From positions 23,958-87,957 of the forward strand of contig DATAHW010000108.1 in assembly GCA_036262935.1 (NCBI GenBank): a stretch of DNA of 64,000 nt, in the 5' to 3' direction. How positions within the stretch are numbered: position 1 is the stretch's first letter; every line of letters begins with the position of its first letter. The notes beneath the pieces were generated by a model. It was not told the origin of the DNA. It ran no database searches and saw only the letters and a program-made list of their open reading frames with translations. The translations under genes were made by a program, and so were the position numbers. This document shows positions 21,507-29,473 of the stretch, one piece after another. This stretch comes from Gemmatimonadales bacterium. GTDB lineage: Bacteria; Gemmatimonadota; Gemmatimonadetes; Gemmatimonadales; GWC2-71-9.

Positions 21507-22259
21507 ATGACCAGAATCCCGGGGAAGGTCCGCATCGCGGCCGTGGCCGATCTCCACTTCGGCCGTGCCGGCCCGCCGCTTCGCACGCTGTTCGCCGAGG
21601 CGATCGAGCGCAGCGACGTGCTGGCCCTCTGCGGCGACCTCACCGACAACGGGGAGCCGGAGGAGGCCCGCGCCCTGGCACGCGCGCTCTCGGGTGCCTC
21701 GATCCCGACCGTCGCGGTGCTGGGCAACCACGATTTCCAGTCGGGCAAGCAGGGGGAGGTGTCCCGCATCCTGTGCGACGCCGGTGTCCACGTGCTCGAC
21801 GGCGGCAGCTACGAGGTCTATGGCGTGGGGTTCGCAGGCGTGAAGGGATTCGCCGGCGGATTCGGCCGGCGCGCGCTGGGCCCGTGGGGAGAGGAGATCA
21901 TCAAGCTGTTCGTGCAGGAAGCGCTGAACGAAGCGCTCAAGCTCGAGACGGCGCTCGCCCGGCTGCAGAGTGAGCACCGGGTGGTGCTGCTCCACTACTC
22001 GCCCATCGAAGGCACGGTGGAGGGGGAGCCGAGGGAGATCTTTCCGTACCTCGGGTCGAGCCGGCTGGAGGAGCCGCTGACGCGCTACCCGGTGGATGCC
22101 GTGTTCCACGGGCACGCGCACCACGGCACGGCCGAAGGGCACACCCGCACCGGCGTCCCGGTCTACAACGTATCGCTGAGCCTGCTGCAGCGGCTGGACC
22201 AGGACGTGCCGCCGTTCCGGATCCTCGAGCTCCCGGCCGGCGGCGCGCCGCCGGATTGA
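21507..22259 (+). CDS. calcineurin-like metallophosphoesterase
   Basis: From the ATG at 21507: VRIAAVADLHFG, LCGDLTDNG, AVLGNHD, VLLHYSP and HGHAHHG motifs. The upstream 424 aa of the track ORF are junk antisense to real genes. Confidence 0.85.
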   Translation: MTRIPGKVRIAAVADLHFGRAGPPLRTLFAEAIERSDVLALCGDLTDNGEPEEARALARALSGASIPTVAVLGNHDFQSGKQGEVSRILCDAGVHVLDGGSYEVYGVGFAGVKGFAGGFGRRALGPWGEEIIKLFVQEALNEALKLETALARLQSEHRVVLLHYSPIEGTVEGEPREIFPYLGSSRLEEPLTRYPVDAVFHGHAHHGTAEGHTRTGVPVYNVSLSLLQRLDQDVPPFRILELPAGGAPPD

Positions 22260-23663
22260 TCAGCCGCCGCCGGGCACACCGAGCTCGGTCATGGCTCGGA
22301 GGTCGAGCACTTCCTCCAGCTCGGCCCCTTCGAGCACCCGCTTGCCGGTCACCAACTCCCTCACCGTCTGTCCCGTGGCGAGCGCCTCCTTGGCCAGCCG
22401 CGCTGCCTCGGCGTAGCCGATCTTCGGCGCCAGCGCCGTTACCAGCGCCGGACTCCGCTCGAGCCAGTAGGCGCATTGCGCCGCGTCGGCCTCGATGCCG
22501 TCCACGCAGCGCTCCGCGAACACCCGCGTCGCATTGCCGACGATGATCAGCGCGAAGACGATATTGTGGGCGATGACCGGCATCATCACGTTGAGCTCGA
22601 GCTGTCCCGCGTCCGACGCCATGGCAACCGTCGTGTCCAGCCCCAAGGCCTGGTAGCAGACCTGGTTCACCATCTCGGCGATCGACGGGTTCACCTTCCC
22701 CGGCATGATGCTCGACCCGGGCTGCACGGCGGGGAGCACGATTTCCGCCAGGCCGGTCCGCGGGCCCGAGGCCAGCAGCCGGATGTCATTGGCGATCTTG
22801 TTGAGATCGAGCACGTACGCGCGGAGCGCGCCGCTCAGCGTGGCGACGTCACCCATCGACTGCATGAGCTGGATCCGGTCCTGGCCCTCCCGCAGGTCGA
22901 GGCCGCTCACCTGCCGGAGGTGCGTCACCATGAGCGCGGGATAGGCGGGCTCGGCGTTGATGCCGGTGCCGACGGCCGTGCCGCCGATGTTGAGCTCGCG
23001 CAGCCAGTCGGCCGCCTGCGCGAGCTTCTGGCGGTGCCGCTGCACGGTGTGACCGTACGCGGTGAACTCCTGGCCCAGCCGGATGGGCGTCGCGTCCTGC
23101 AGGTGGGTGCGTCCCGACTTGACCACGTCGTCGAACTCGATCCCCTTCGCCAGCATGGAGGACGCGAGCACCTCGAGCGCGGTGAGGACGCCAGGCAGGG
23201 TGGCGAGCGCGGCCAGACGGATGGCCGTGGGGATCACGTCGTTGGTGCTCTGCGCCATGTTGACGTGATCGTTCGGGTGCACCGGCTGATAGCTGCCCCG
23301 CGCGCCACCCAGCATCTCGTTGGCGCGATTGGCCAGGACTTCATTTACGTTCATGTTGTGGCTGGTGCCCGCACCGGCCTGGTATACGTCCACGATGAAC
23401 TGGTCGCGGTGCCTGCCGGCGAGGACCTCATCCGCCGCCCGGACGATCGCGTCGGCCAGCCGGGCGTCGAGCCGGCCGGTTTCCTTGTGCGTCAATGCCG
23501 CCGAGCGCTTGATCCAGACGACGGCATCCACGAAGGCCGGCAGCGGGCGGAGACCCGAAATGGGAAAGTTTTCGGCCGCGCGGAGCGTCTGGATGCCGTA
23601 CAGCGCGTCGGAGGGGACGGCTTTCTCGCCGAGCGGATCGCGTTCGGTGCGCGTGCTGGTCAT
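22260..23663 (-). CDS. aspA: aspartate ammonia-lyase (class II fumarase/aspartase family)
   Basis: 467 aa with DVYQAGAGTSHNMNVNEVLANRA and the signature GSSIMPGKVNP. The aspartase-versus-fumarase call rests on the QAGAGTS-type motif and is not certain. Confidence 0.8.
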   Translation of the reverse strand: MTSTRTERDPLGEKAVPSDALYGIQTLRAAENFPISGLRPLPAFVDAVVWIKRSAALTHKETGRLDARLADAIVRAADEVLAGRHRDQFIVDVYQAGAGTSHNMNVNEVLANRANEMLGGARGSYQPVHPNDHVNMAQSTNDVIPTAIRLAALATLPGVLTALEVLASSMLAKGIEFDDVVKSGRTHLQDATPIRLGQEFTAYGHTVQRHRQKLAQAADWLRELNIGGTAVGTGINAEPAYPALMVTHLRQVSGLDLREGQDRIQLMQSMGDVATLSGALRAYVLDLNKIANDIRLLASGPRTGLAEIVLPAVQPGSSIMPGKVNPSIAEMVNQVCYQALGLDTTVAMASDAGQLELNVMMPVIAHNIVFALIIVGNATRVFAERCVDGIEADAAQCAYWLERSPALVTALAPKIGYAEAARLAKEALATGQTVRELVTGKRVLEGAELEEVLDLRAMTELGVPGGG

Positions 23664-23704
23664 AGGCCCGGAATGATACCGGGCCGCCGGGAGGGCGACA
23701 ACCG

Positions 23705-24028
23705 ATGAGCGACTACTTCACGCAGATCGCGGATGCCGTGTCGTTCGGCGCCGACCGTCCCGCCAAGGCCGACCTGTTCGCCGGGCGTCATCTCTTCGTG
23801 GGGCTCAACTGCTTCGAGCCGGGCCAGAGTCAGCGGGTCCACACCCATCCGGGCGCCGACAAGTTCTATCTGATCGTGAGCGGACGGGCGAACATGGCCG
23901 TGGGCGACGAGACACGGGTAGCCGGGCCCGGCACGGTGGTCTGGGCGCCGGCCAACGTGCCCCACGGCGTCGTCGAGGCGCTGGAGCGGACCGTGATGCT
24001 AGTGGGGATCGCTCCACCGCCGCGCTAG
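23705..24028 (+). CDS. cupin domain protein
   Basis: 107 aa. GQSQRVHTHPGADKFYLIVSG...APANVPHGV is the two-motif cupin signature. Confidence 0.8.
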   Translation: MSDYFTQIADAVSFGADRPAKADLFAGRHLFVGLNCFEPGQSQRVHTHPGADKFYLIVSGRANMAVGDETRVAGPGTVVWAPANVPHGVVEALERTVMLVGIAPPPR

Positions 24029-24865
24029 GTGGCGGACGGCGGGCCAGCCGTAGATGCGGGCCGCGAGCGCGACGCCGAGGACCACCCCGACCCCGTTGGT
24101 GTAGAACCGCCAGGCCAGCAGCAGCCAGCCTTCCCCGCTCCCCAGATCGCCCGCGGCGCCGCCCAGGAATCCAAGCTCCACCGCGCCCACGCCGGACGGC
24201 GTGGGCAGCACCAGCTGGCTGTAGAGCAGCGCGAAGGAGCCGAGCAGCATGGGCCCCATCGGCGGTGGCTCCGGCAGGGTGAGGGCCAGCACCGGCAGGA
24301 TCGCGACGCGGGTCGCGAGATTGATGAAGCTGAGCGGCGTGCTCGCGACCAGCGGCCAGAGCGGCATGCGTCGCCAGTAGACCAGGGCGCGTTTCACCGG
24401 CCGGCGAAACTGGTGCGCCGCGGGCGAGGCGAACCGGCGGCCGGCCCGCCAGGCCAGCACGCTCAGGAGCACGACGGCGATGACCCACGGCCACGCCGCC
24501 GCCGCCGTGCTGGCGAGCCGCGGCTCCGCCATGGCCCACCACGCGGGCGCGTAGCGCCAGATGAGCCAGCCGCCGGCCACGAGGATGACCGGCCAGGAGG
24601 CCAGCACCTCGAGGCTGATGGCGACGAACGCCGCCGGGGCCGGCACCCGGCTCCGGAGCATGCCCGCCAGCCGGGCCGGCTCGCCGCCGATCCGGAGCGG
24701 GGTCACCGCGCTCGCCGCGTCGCCGAAAGCGTTGAGGACGAACGAATCCCACAGGCTGATCGGCTGACCGAGCCCCTGGACGATCCACTGGATCCGCCAG
24801 GCGCGCGCCAGGAGATCGGCCGCGACGAGGGCGACGCAGACCAGATGCGCCTGGACCGGCGTCAT
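23999..24865 (-). CDS. flippase-like membrane protein (LPG-synthase transmembrane-domain / UPF0104 family)
   Basis: From the ATG at 24865 (aa 60 of the track ORF; ATGA overlap with the upstream stop). 288 aa with multiple TM helices, plus DAASAVTPLRIGGEPAR and VLPTPSGVGAVE motifs typical of the family. Confidence 0.75.
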   Translation of the reverse strand: MTPVQAHLVCVALVAADLLARAWRIQWIVQGLGQPISLWDSFVLNAFGDAASAVTPLRIGGEPARLAGMLRSRVPAPAAFVAISLEVLASWPVILVAGGWLIWRYAPAWWAMAEPRLASTAAAAWPWVIAVVLLSVLAWRAGRRFASPAAHQFRRPVKRALVYWRRMPLWPLVASTPLSFINLATRVAILPVLALTLPEPPPMGPMLLGSFALLYSQLVLPTPSGVGAVELGFLGGAAGDLGSGEGWLLLAWRFYTNGVGVVLGVALAARIYGWPAVRHLARRWSDPH

Positions 24866-25581
24866 CCCTGGAGCGCGGCGTAGGAGATGGGCGCGTGGCG
24901 GGCGAGCCAGCGGTCGAGGGTGGGGCCGAGCGCCGCGGCGGTGGCTGGATGGCCGAGATCGCCGGGATGCAGGGCAATGCGTGGCAACGGCGCGCGCCGT
25001 TGCAGCGTCCAGCGCGCCCGCGCGACGGCGAGCGAGCCCCACGCCCGGAGCGGCGTGCGCGCGCTCCAGCGCACCACGGGCGAGGCGACCCGCCGCCCGG
25101 ACGGGAACAGGCGGATGGCGTGCTCGTCTTCGCTGAAGCCGAGGCCGGCGCGGCCGGCCGCGCCGTGTCCGTCCTCGCGCGCGAGCCAGGCCGGCGGCAC
25201 GAACCCGACCGGCTCGAGCCCCAGCGCCCGAAGGCGGTGTCGTCCGCGGGCGATCCGCTCCCCCGCCGCGGCCCCGTCGAGCGTCAGGAACTCGCCTTCA
25301 CGCGCGGTGCGGCCCCAGGCCCGGAGCTCGTCCGAGAGGCGCCGCGGCAGTCCGGACTCGTCATGCCGCTCACCATGCAGCACGATCTCCGCCCCGTCCG
25401 CGGCGCGCGCCCGGAGCCAGGCCACGAACTCCGGGTGCGCTTCGAGCGGCCATTCGCCATGCCACTCGGGCACCACGAGCAACGCCGGCGTGAGCCCCCG
25501 CGCGGCGCACAGCGCCCAGAGCCGCACGATTCCATCCGCCAACGCCGGAGTGACGTCGTGGATCGAGACGAGCAGGCTCAC
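24862..25581 (-). CDS. DUF2334 / polysaccharide-deacetylase-like protein
   Basis: GTG start in GTGA overlap with the GT4 stop. (M)SLLVSIHDVTPA...LLVVPEWHGEW...VLHGERHDE...GFVPPAWL matches DUF2334. Confidence 0.7.
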   Translation of the reverse strand: MSLLVSIHDVTPALADGIVRLWALCAARGLTPALLVVPEWHGEWPLEAHPEFVAWLRARAADGAEIVLHGERHDESGLPRRLSDELRAWGRTAREGEFLTLDGAAAGERIARGRHRLRALGLEPVGFVPPAWLAREDGHGAAGRAGLGFSEDEHAIRLFPSGRRVASPVVRWSARTPLRAWGSLAVARARWTLQRRAPLPRIALHPGDLGHPATAAALGPTLDRWLARHAPISYAALQG

Positions 25582-26846
25582 GACTCCAGGATTCCGCGAT
25601 AGACGCCGAAGATCCGGTCCAGCACCGCGTCCCAGCCGTGGTGCGCCTCCGCGTAGCGCCGGCCGGCGGCGCCGAGCGCCGGGAGATCGCCCCGGAGGAG
25701 GTGCTCGGCCTGCGCCGTGAGCGCGGCCGCATCGCCCGCGGGGAACGTCGCGCCGCCGCCCGAGCGCTCCACGGTCTCCGCCACGCCGCCGCGGTCGGCG
25801 GAGAGGAGGGGCGTGCCGCTCGCGATCGCTTCGAGCGCGGAGAGGCCGAACGTCTCGATCGAGCACGGCGCGACGGCGAGATCGGCGGCCGCGAGGAGGT
25901 CGGCCAGCCGGTCGCGGTCCTGCTGGAACGGCAGCCAGTGCCATCGCTCGCTCCCCGCCCGGCGCTGCAGCCGCCGCCGCGCGGGGCCATCGCCCACGAG
26001 CACCAGGCCCGCTCCGGTGCGGCGCTCGACCTCGGGCCACGCGGCGAGGAGCAGATCGACCTCCTTCTCCGCCGCCAGCCGGCCCACATAGATCGCGAGC
26101 GGCCCCGACGGGAGGCCATGCCGGCGCCGCGTCTCGGCCGCGGCGGCGCGGCGTCTGGGATGGAAGCGATCGAGGTCCACGCCGAGCGAGACGCGGACCA
26201 CGCGCTCCACCCCCTCGCGCTCGAGCTCACGGGCCACGAAGTCGGACGGCGCGAGCGTGGCCCGCACCATCCGGCCGAGCCGGCGGACGTAGCGCCAGGC
26301 GAAGCCGGCGGCGGTCCGGCGCACGCCGCCCGCACGCTCCGGCCAGGGAGCGATGACCCGGGGAAAATTGCTGTGGTAGAACCAGAGCACCGGCAAATCC
26401 ACCCGCCGCGTGGCCAGGTGCACCAGCCAGGGCGCGAACCAGGTGCTCCCGACTTCGATCAGATCGGGCCGCTCGTGCGCCACGATGCGGCTGGTCGAGC
26501 GCGTGGCGAGCATGAAGCGGTACGGCTTCTGGGTGGGCACACTGGGGCCGTGAAGGCGGTAGCAGCGGACGCCACTCGCCTGGAGAATCTCGTCGCGGGC
26601 CCCGGGAACGATGATGGCCTGCCGCAGCGCGGGACGGCGCTGCACGTAGCGCGCCTTCTGCAGCAGATAGGTGCGCACGCCACCGGTTGTTTCACCAAAG
26701 AACTCCGTGATGTCGAGAACGCCCAGGCTGGCGGCGGGACGGAGTCGCGGCGGGAGCTCGAGCCGCGAGATGTCGAGCGAGGCGCTCGCCCCGCCCGCGA
26801 CGACCGCCTCGAGGTCGGGAATCGCCGCCGCGGCGGTCTCAGTCAG
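25578..26846 (-). CDS. family-4 (GT-B, GT1-type) glycosyltransferase; start codon unresolved
   Basis: The conserved body runs from VLDITEFFGETTGGVRTYL through GRLAAEKEVDLLL and ETFGLSALEAIASGTPLL (E-x7-E). High GC3 begins right after the zinc-ribbon ORF stop, but that stretch has no in-frame ATG/GTG/TTG. The only candidates are CTG 26846 and ATT 26852. Confidence 0.78.
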   Translation of the reverse strand: MTETAAAAIPDLEAVVAGGASASLDISRLELPPRLRPAASLGVLDITEFFGETTGGVRTYLLQKARYVQRRPALRQAIIVPGARDEILQASGVRCYRLHGPSVPTQKPYRFMLATRSTSRIVAHERPDLIEVGSTWFAPWLVHLATRRVDLPVLWFYHSNFPRVIAPWPERAGGVRRTAAGFAWRYVRRLGRMVRATLAPSDFVARELEREGVERVVRVSLGVDLDRFHPRRRAAAAETRRRHGLPSGPLAIYVGRLAAEKEVDLLLAAWPEVERRTGAGLVLVGDGPARRRLQRRAGSERWHWLPFQQDRDRLADLLAAADLAVAPCSIETFGLSALEAIASGTPLLSADRGGVAETVERSGGGATFPAGDAAALTAQAEHLLRGDLPALGAAGRRYAEAHHGWDAVLDRIFGVYRGILES

Positions 26847-27054
26847 AACAATCCCCGAGCGGGTAGACGGTCCCGCAGTTGGGGCACGGATTCTTGCAGC
26901 CGGTGGCGCGCACCGGCACCTGGAAGCCGCAGCGGTTACAGGCGGGCGCGCGGTCAGGCGGTCGGGCCGTCGGGCGGTCGGGGGAGCCGGCCGTCGTCCC
27001 TGACCGGGCGACCGCCTGACCGCCTGACCGCCTGGCCGCCCGCCCGTCATCCAA
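26839..27054 (-). CDS. candidate small zinc-ribbon protein (C-terminus CNRCGFQVPVRATGCKNPCPNCGTVYPLGDCSD)
   Basis: In 26839-26940 this frame has near-uniform G/C third positions, whereas the overlapping GT4-frame extension does not. It has a CxxC...CxxxCxxC pattern. The only usable start is TTG 27054, straddling the MBL stop, which puts the N-terminal half inside the octamer hairpin. Confidence 0.4.
   Translation of the reverse strand: MDDGRAARRSGGQAVARSGTTAGSPDRPTARPPDRAPACNRCGFQVPVRATGCKNPCPNCGTVYPLGDCSD
26941..27044. repeat. long imperfect hairpin built from tandem octamers (GGTCAGGC/GGTCGGGC array facing GCCTGACC array)
   Basis: Left arm is GGCGGGCGCGCGGTCAGGCGGTCGGGCCGTCGGGCGGTCGGGGG. 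Right arm is CCCTGACCGGGCGACCGCCTGACCGCCTGACCGCCTGGCCGCCCGCC. It lies immediately downstream of the MBL hydrolase stop. Confidence 0.75.
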
Positions 27055-27694
27055 TGGGAAACGCCCCGGTGAGGAAGGGATTGGTGAGGCGCTCCACACC
27101 GATCGTGGTCGCGGGGCCGTGGCCGCTGTAGACCGTGGTCGAATCGGGGAGGGAGAGGAACTGCGACTGGATGGTGGCCATCAGCGTCGCGGAGTCGCCG
27201 CCGGGGAGGTCGGTACGTCCCACCGAGCCGTTGAACAGCACGTCGCCGCCGAATACCATGTCGTGCCCGCTGAAGCTCACGCTCCCGGGCGAGTGCCCGG
27301 GCGTGAAGCGCACGTCGAACTCGAACCGGCCGACCGTGACCCGGCTCCCGGGCCGGAGCTCGACGTCGGGCGGCGGCGCGGGGTCGAGCCGCATGCCCAG
27401 CCAGGCGCCGAACTGGGGCAGCGCGTCGTAGATCGGGCGGTCGAGTGCGTGGAGATGGATCGGAACGCCGGTGGCCTGCTTGACGGCGCCCACACCCATG
27501 ATGTGGTCGATGTGGGCGTGGGTGAGCCACACCGCCCGCAGAGTCCAGGCGCGCGTGTCGAGCTCGGCGAGGAACATCGCGGGCTCCTCGCCGGGATCGA
27601 TGAGCACCGCCTCGCGGGTCCCGCGGTCGGCCACCAGATAGCAGTTCTGGGCGAACTGCCCATTGGGCAGCGCCACCACCTCCAGCTCAGACAC
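27047..27694 (-). CDS. MBL-fold metallo-hydrolase, glyoxalase II (hydroxyacylglutathione hydrolase)-like
   Basis: 215 aa with THAHIDHIMG (HxHxDH), TPGHSPGS and GRTDLPGGD motifs. Confidence 0.88.
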   Translation of the reverse strand: MSELEVVALPNGQFAQNCYLVADRGTREAVLIDPGEEPAMFLAELDTRAWTLRAVWLTHAHIDHIMGVGAVKQATGVPIHLHALDRPIYDALPQFGAWLGMRLDPAPPPDVELRPGSRVTVGRFEFDVRFTPGHSPGSVSFSGHDMVFGGDVLFNGSVGRTDLPGGDSATLMATIQSQFLSLPDSTTVYSGHGPATTIGVERLTNPFLTGAFPIG

Positions 27695-28649
27695 CGACGC
27701 TCGCCCCCGGCACTCCGCTCTTCCGGGCCTTGAGAAACTTCTCCACCGCGATGGCGGCGGTGGTGGCGTCGCCCACTGCGGTGGTCACCTGGCGGGTGAG
27801 CTGCATCCGGAGGTCGCCTGCCGCGAACAGGCCGGGGATGGAGGTCATCATCCGCTCATCGGTGATGATGTAGCCGCTCGGGTCGTGGTCCACATGCTGG
27901 GTCACGAGGCCGGTGTTGGGCCGGAACCCGATGAAGATGAAGCACCCGCTCACCTTGAGCGCGAGCTCCTCGCCGGTCACGGTATCCACCATCTCGATCC
28001 ACTCGAGGCCGGCGGGACCGCCCTTGAGCTCGCGCACCCGCTTGTTCCAGATCACCTCGATCTTCGGGTTCGCGAACAGCCGCTCCTGCAGGATCTTCGA
28101 TGCCCGGAACTCGTCCCGGCGGTGGATGACGTACACCTTCTCCGCGTAGCGCGAGAGGTACTCGGCCTCCTCCACGGCCGCGTCGCCGCCGCCGACCACC
28201 GCGATCGTCTCACCCTTGAAGAAGGCGCCGTCGCACACGGCGCAATAGGACACGCCCCGGCCGGCGTACTCGTACTCGCCCGGGACCTCGAGCTTGTAGG
28301 GAGTGCCGCCGGCGGTGAGGATCACCGTCGGGGCTTCGTAAGTGGTGCCACCCGACGTGACCACCTCGAAGATGCCGTCCTCGCGCCGCGCGATGGATTC
28401 CACGTGCTCCTGCCGGATGTCGGCGCCGAACGCGATCGCGTGCGCGGTCATCTTCTGGGCCAGCTCCCGCCCGAGGATGTGCTCGAAGCCCGGGTAGTCA
28501 TCGACCCACTCGGTGTTCAGCAGCTCGCCACCGGGCACGCCCCGCTCCAGCAGGGCGGCCTTGAGCATCCCGCGGCCGGCGTACATGGCCGCGCAAAGGC
28601 CGGCCGGGCCGGCGCCGACGATGATCAGCTCGAACTCCTCGGTACTCAT
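27687..28649 (-). CDS. trxB: thioredoxin-disulfide reductase
   Basis: From the ATG at 28649: ELIIVGAGPAGLCAAMYA, redox centre CAVCDG, VVGGGDAAVEEA and GLFAAGD motifs. 320 aa. Confidence 0.92.
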   Translation of the reverse strand: MSTEEFELIIVGAGPAGLCAAMYAGRGMLKAALLERGVPGGELLNTEWVDDYPGFEHILGRELAQKMTAHAIAFGADIRQEHVESIARREDGIFEVVTSGGTTYEAPTVILTAGGTPYKLEVPGEYEYAGRGVSYCAVCDGAFFKGETIAVVGGGDAAVEEAEYLSRYAEKVYVIHRRDEFRASKILQERLFANPKIEVIWNKRVRELKGGPAGLEWIEMVDTVTGEELALKVSGCFIFIGFRPNTGLVTQHVDHDPSGYIITDERMMTSIPGLFAAGDLRMQLTRQVTTAVGDATTAAIAVEKFLKARKSGVPGASVGV

Positions 28650-28702
28650 CCGATGCCCCGTGTGTGGTTGGGTCAAATATAGAACAGGCGGGGGTTCCCG
28701 TC

Positions 28703-29473
28703 TCAGGCCGGCGCACCCGGCGAGGGACCGAGGTGAAGCAGGCTCGCCGCACCGTGGCAGGCGGAGACGGTGCCGACGAGCACGTCCGTCGGCATTCCCG
28801 CCTCGCCCGCTTCGGCCACCACCCGGTCGCCGTGAAGGACCGTGCCCACGTCGAACATCCCGACGCCGTACACCCGGTGCCGGCAGGTGAAGAGCACCGG
28901 ACCCGCCGTCCGGCGGACGGCATCGAGCCGCCGGGCCAGCGCCTCCATGGCGTCGCCCATTTCCCAGCTCCGCGGCGCGCGGATCACCGGGCAGACCGCG
29001 GGCTCGACGCAGTGGGTGGGGCAGAGCCAATCGGCGAAGGAGACGTACCGGGTGCCGTCCGGCGCCTGGACGTCGTACGGCGTGCCGGGTCCGAGCGGCA
29101 CCGGCCTGGGCTCGACCAGGCGTCCGGGCCAGCGAGCCCGGGCCCGCCGGAGCAGCCACTCGTACATGAGGTGCGGCATGAGGGGAGAGGGCACGATCGC
29201 ATCGGGTGGATCCGACGCCGGGGCCGCCCCGGCCAGGTATCGGTCGAAGAAGCCGCCCCACTCCGCCACTACCAGCTCGGTGCCATCGGCCGCCGCACGC
29301 TCCGCGGCGAAGCGGCAACCGGGGTCGCGATCCACCACGAGCAGGCGGCGCCACGTCGCGCTGCCGCGCTCGCGGGCCCGGAGGAGCTGGCGGGCGTAAA
29401 AGCTCCCGTAGCATCCGCCGCCCACGATGACGACATCGCCCAGCGCGACGCTAGCGGAGGAGGCGTCCGCCAT
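28703..29473 (-). CDS. hypothetical protein with an N-terminal Rossmann-type dinucleotide motif and a Cys-rich core
   Basis: 256 aa with good GC3. Motifs: VVIVGGGCYGSFYARQLL, then WLCPTHCVEPAVCPVIRAPRSW, FTCRH and SACHGA. No family recognised. It overlaps the upstream SDR stop by 23 nt. Confidence 0.65.
   Translation of the reverse strand: MADASSASVALGDVVIVGGGCYGSFYARQLLRARERGSATWRRLLVVDRDPGCRFAAERAAADGTELVVAEWGGFFDRYLAGAAPASDPPDAIVPSPLMPHLMYEWLLRRARARWPGRLVEPRPVPLGPGTPYDVQAPDGTRYVSFADWLCPTHCVEPAVCPVIRAPRSWEMGDAMEALARRLDAVRRTAGPVLFTCRHRVYGVGMFDVGTVLHGDRVVAEAGEAGMPTDVLVGTVSACHGAASLLHLGPSPGAPA

Noticed and set aside
23999-24028. 30-nt 3'-end overlap of the convergent cupin and flippase-like genes, and the shared TGATCA stop/stop junction at 22257-22262
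   Set aside because: Both are real in the sequence. They are unremarkable consequences of gene packing in the absence of terminators, and no extra structure was detected there.
27048-27050. ATG in ATGA overlap with the MBL stop as the start of the glycosyltransferase (would give a 490-aa GT4)
   Set aside because: The GT4 frame between 26846 and 26940 has many A/T third positions. The alternative frame there is uniformly G/C at position 3 and encodes a Cys-motif peptide. The extension would add about 110 non-homologous residues before the GT4 fold. It is kept as an alternative in the finding.
26839-27099. Track start (27099) for the zinc-ribbon ORF
   Set aside because: That start would overlap the last 17 codons of the MBL hydrolase in another frame. 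The TTG at 27054 is the first start not requiring that overlap. The whole ORF remains low-confidence.
28650-28702. Possible promoter (TATATT box) upstream of trxB
   Set aside because: A -10-like TATATT is present, but the best -35 at 17-nt spacing (GAGACG/TGAGAC) is poor. It is not strong enough to report as a feature.
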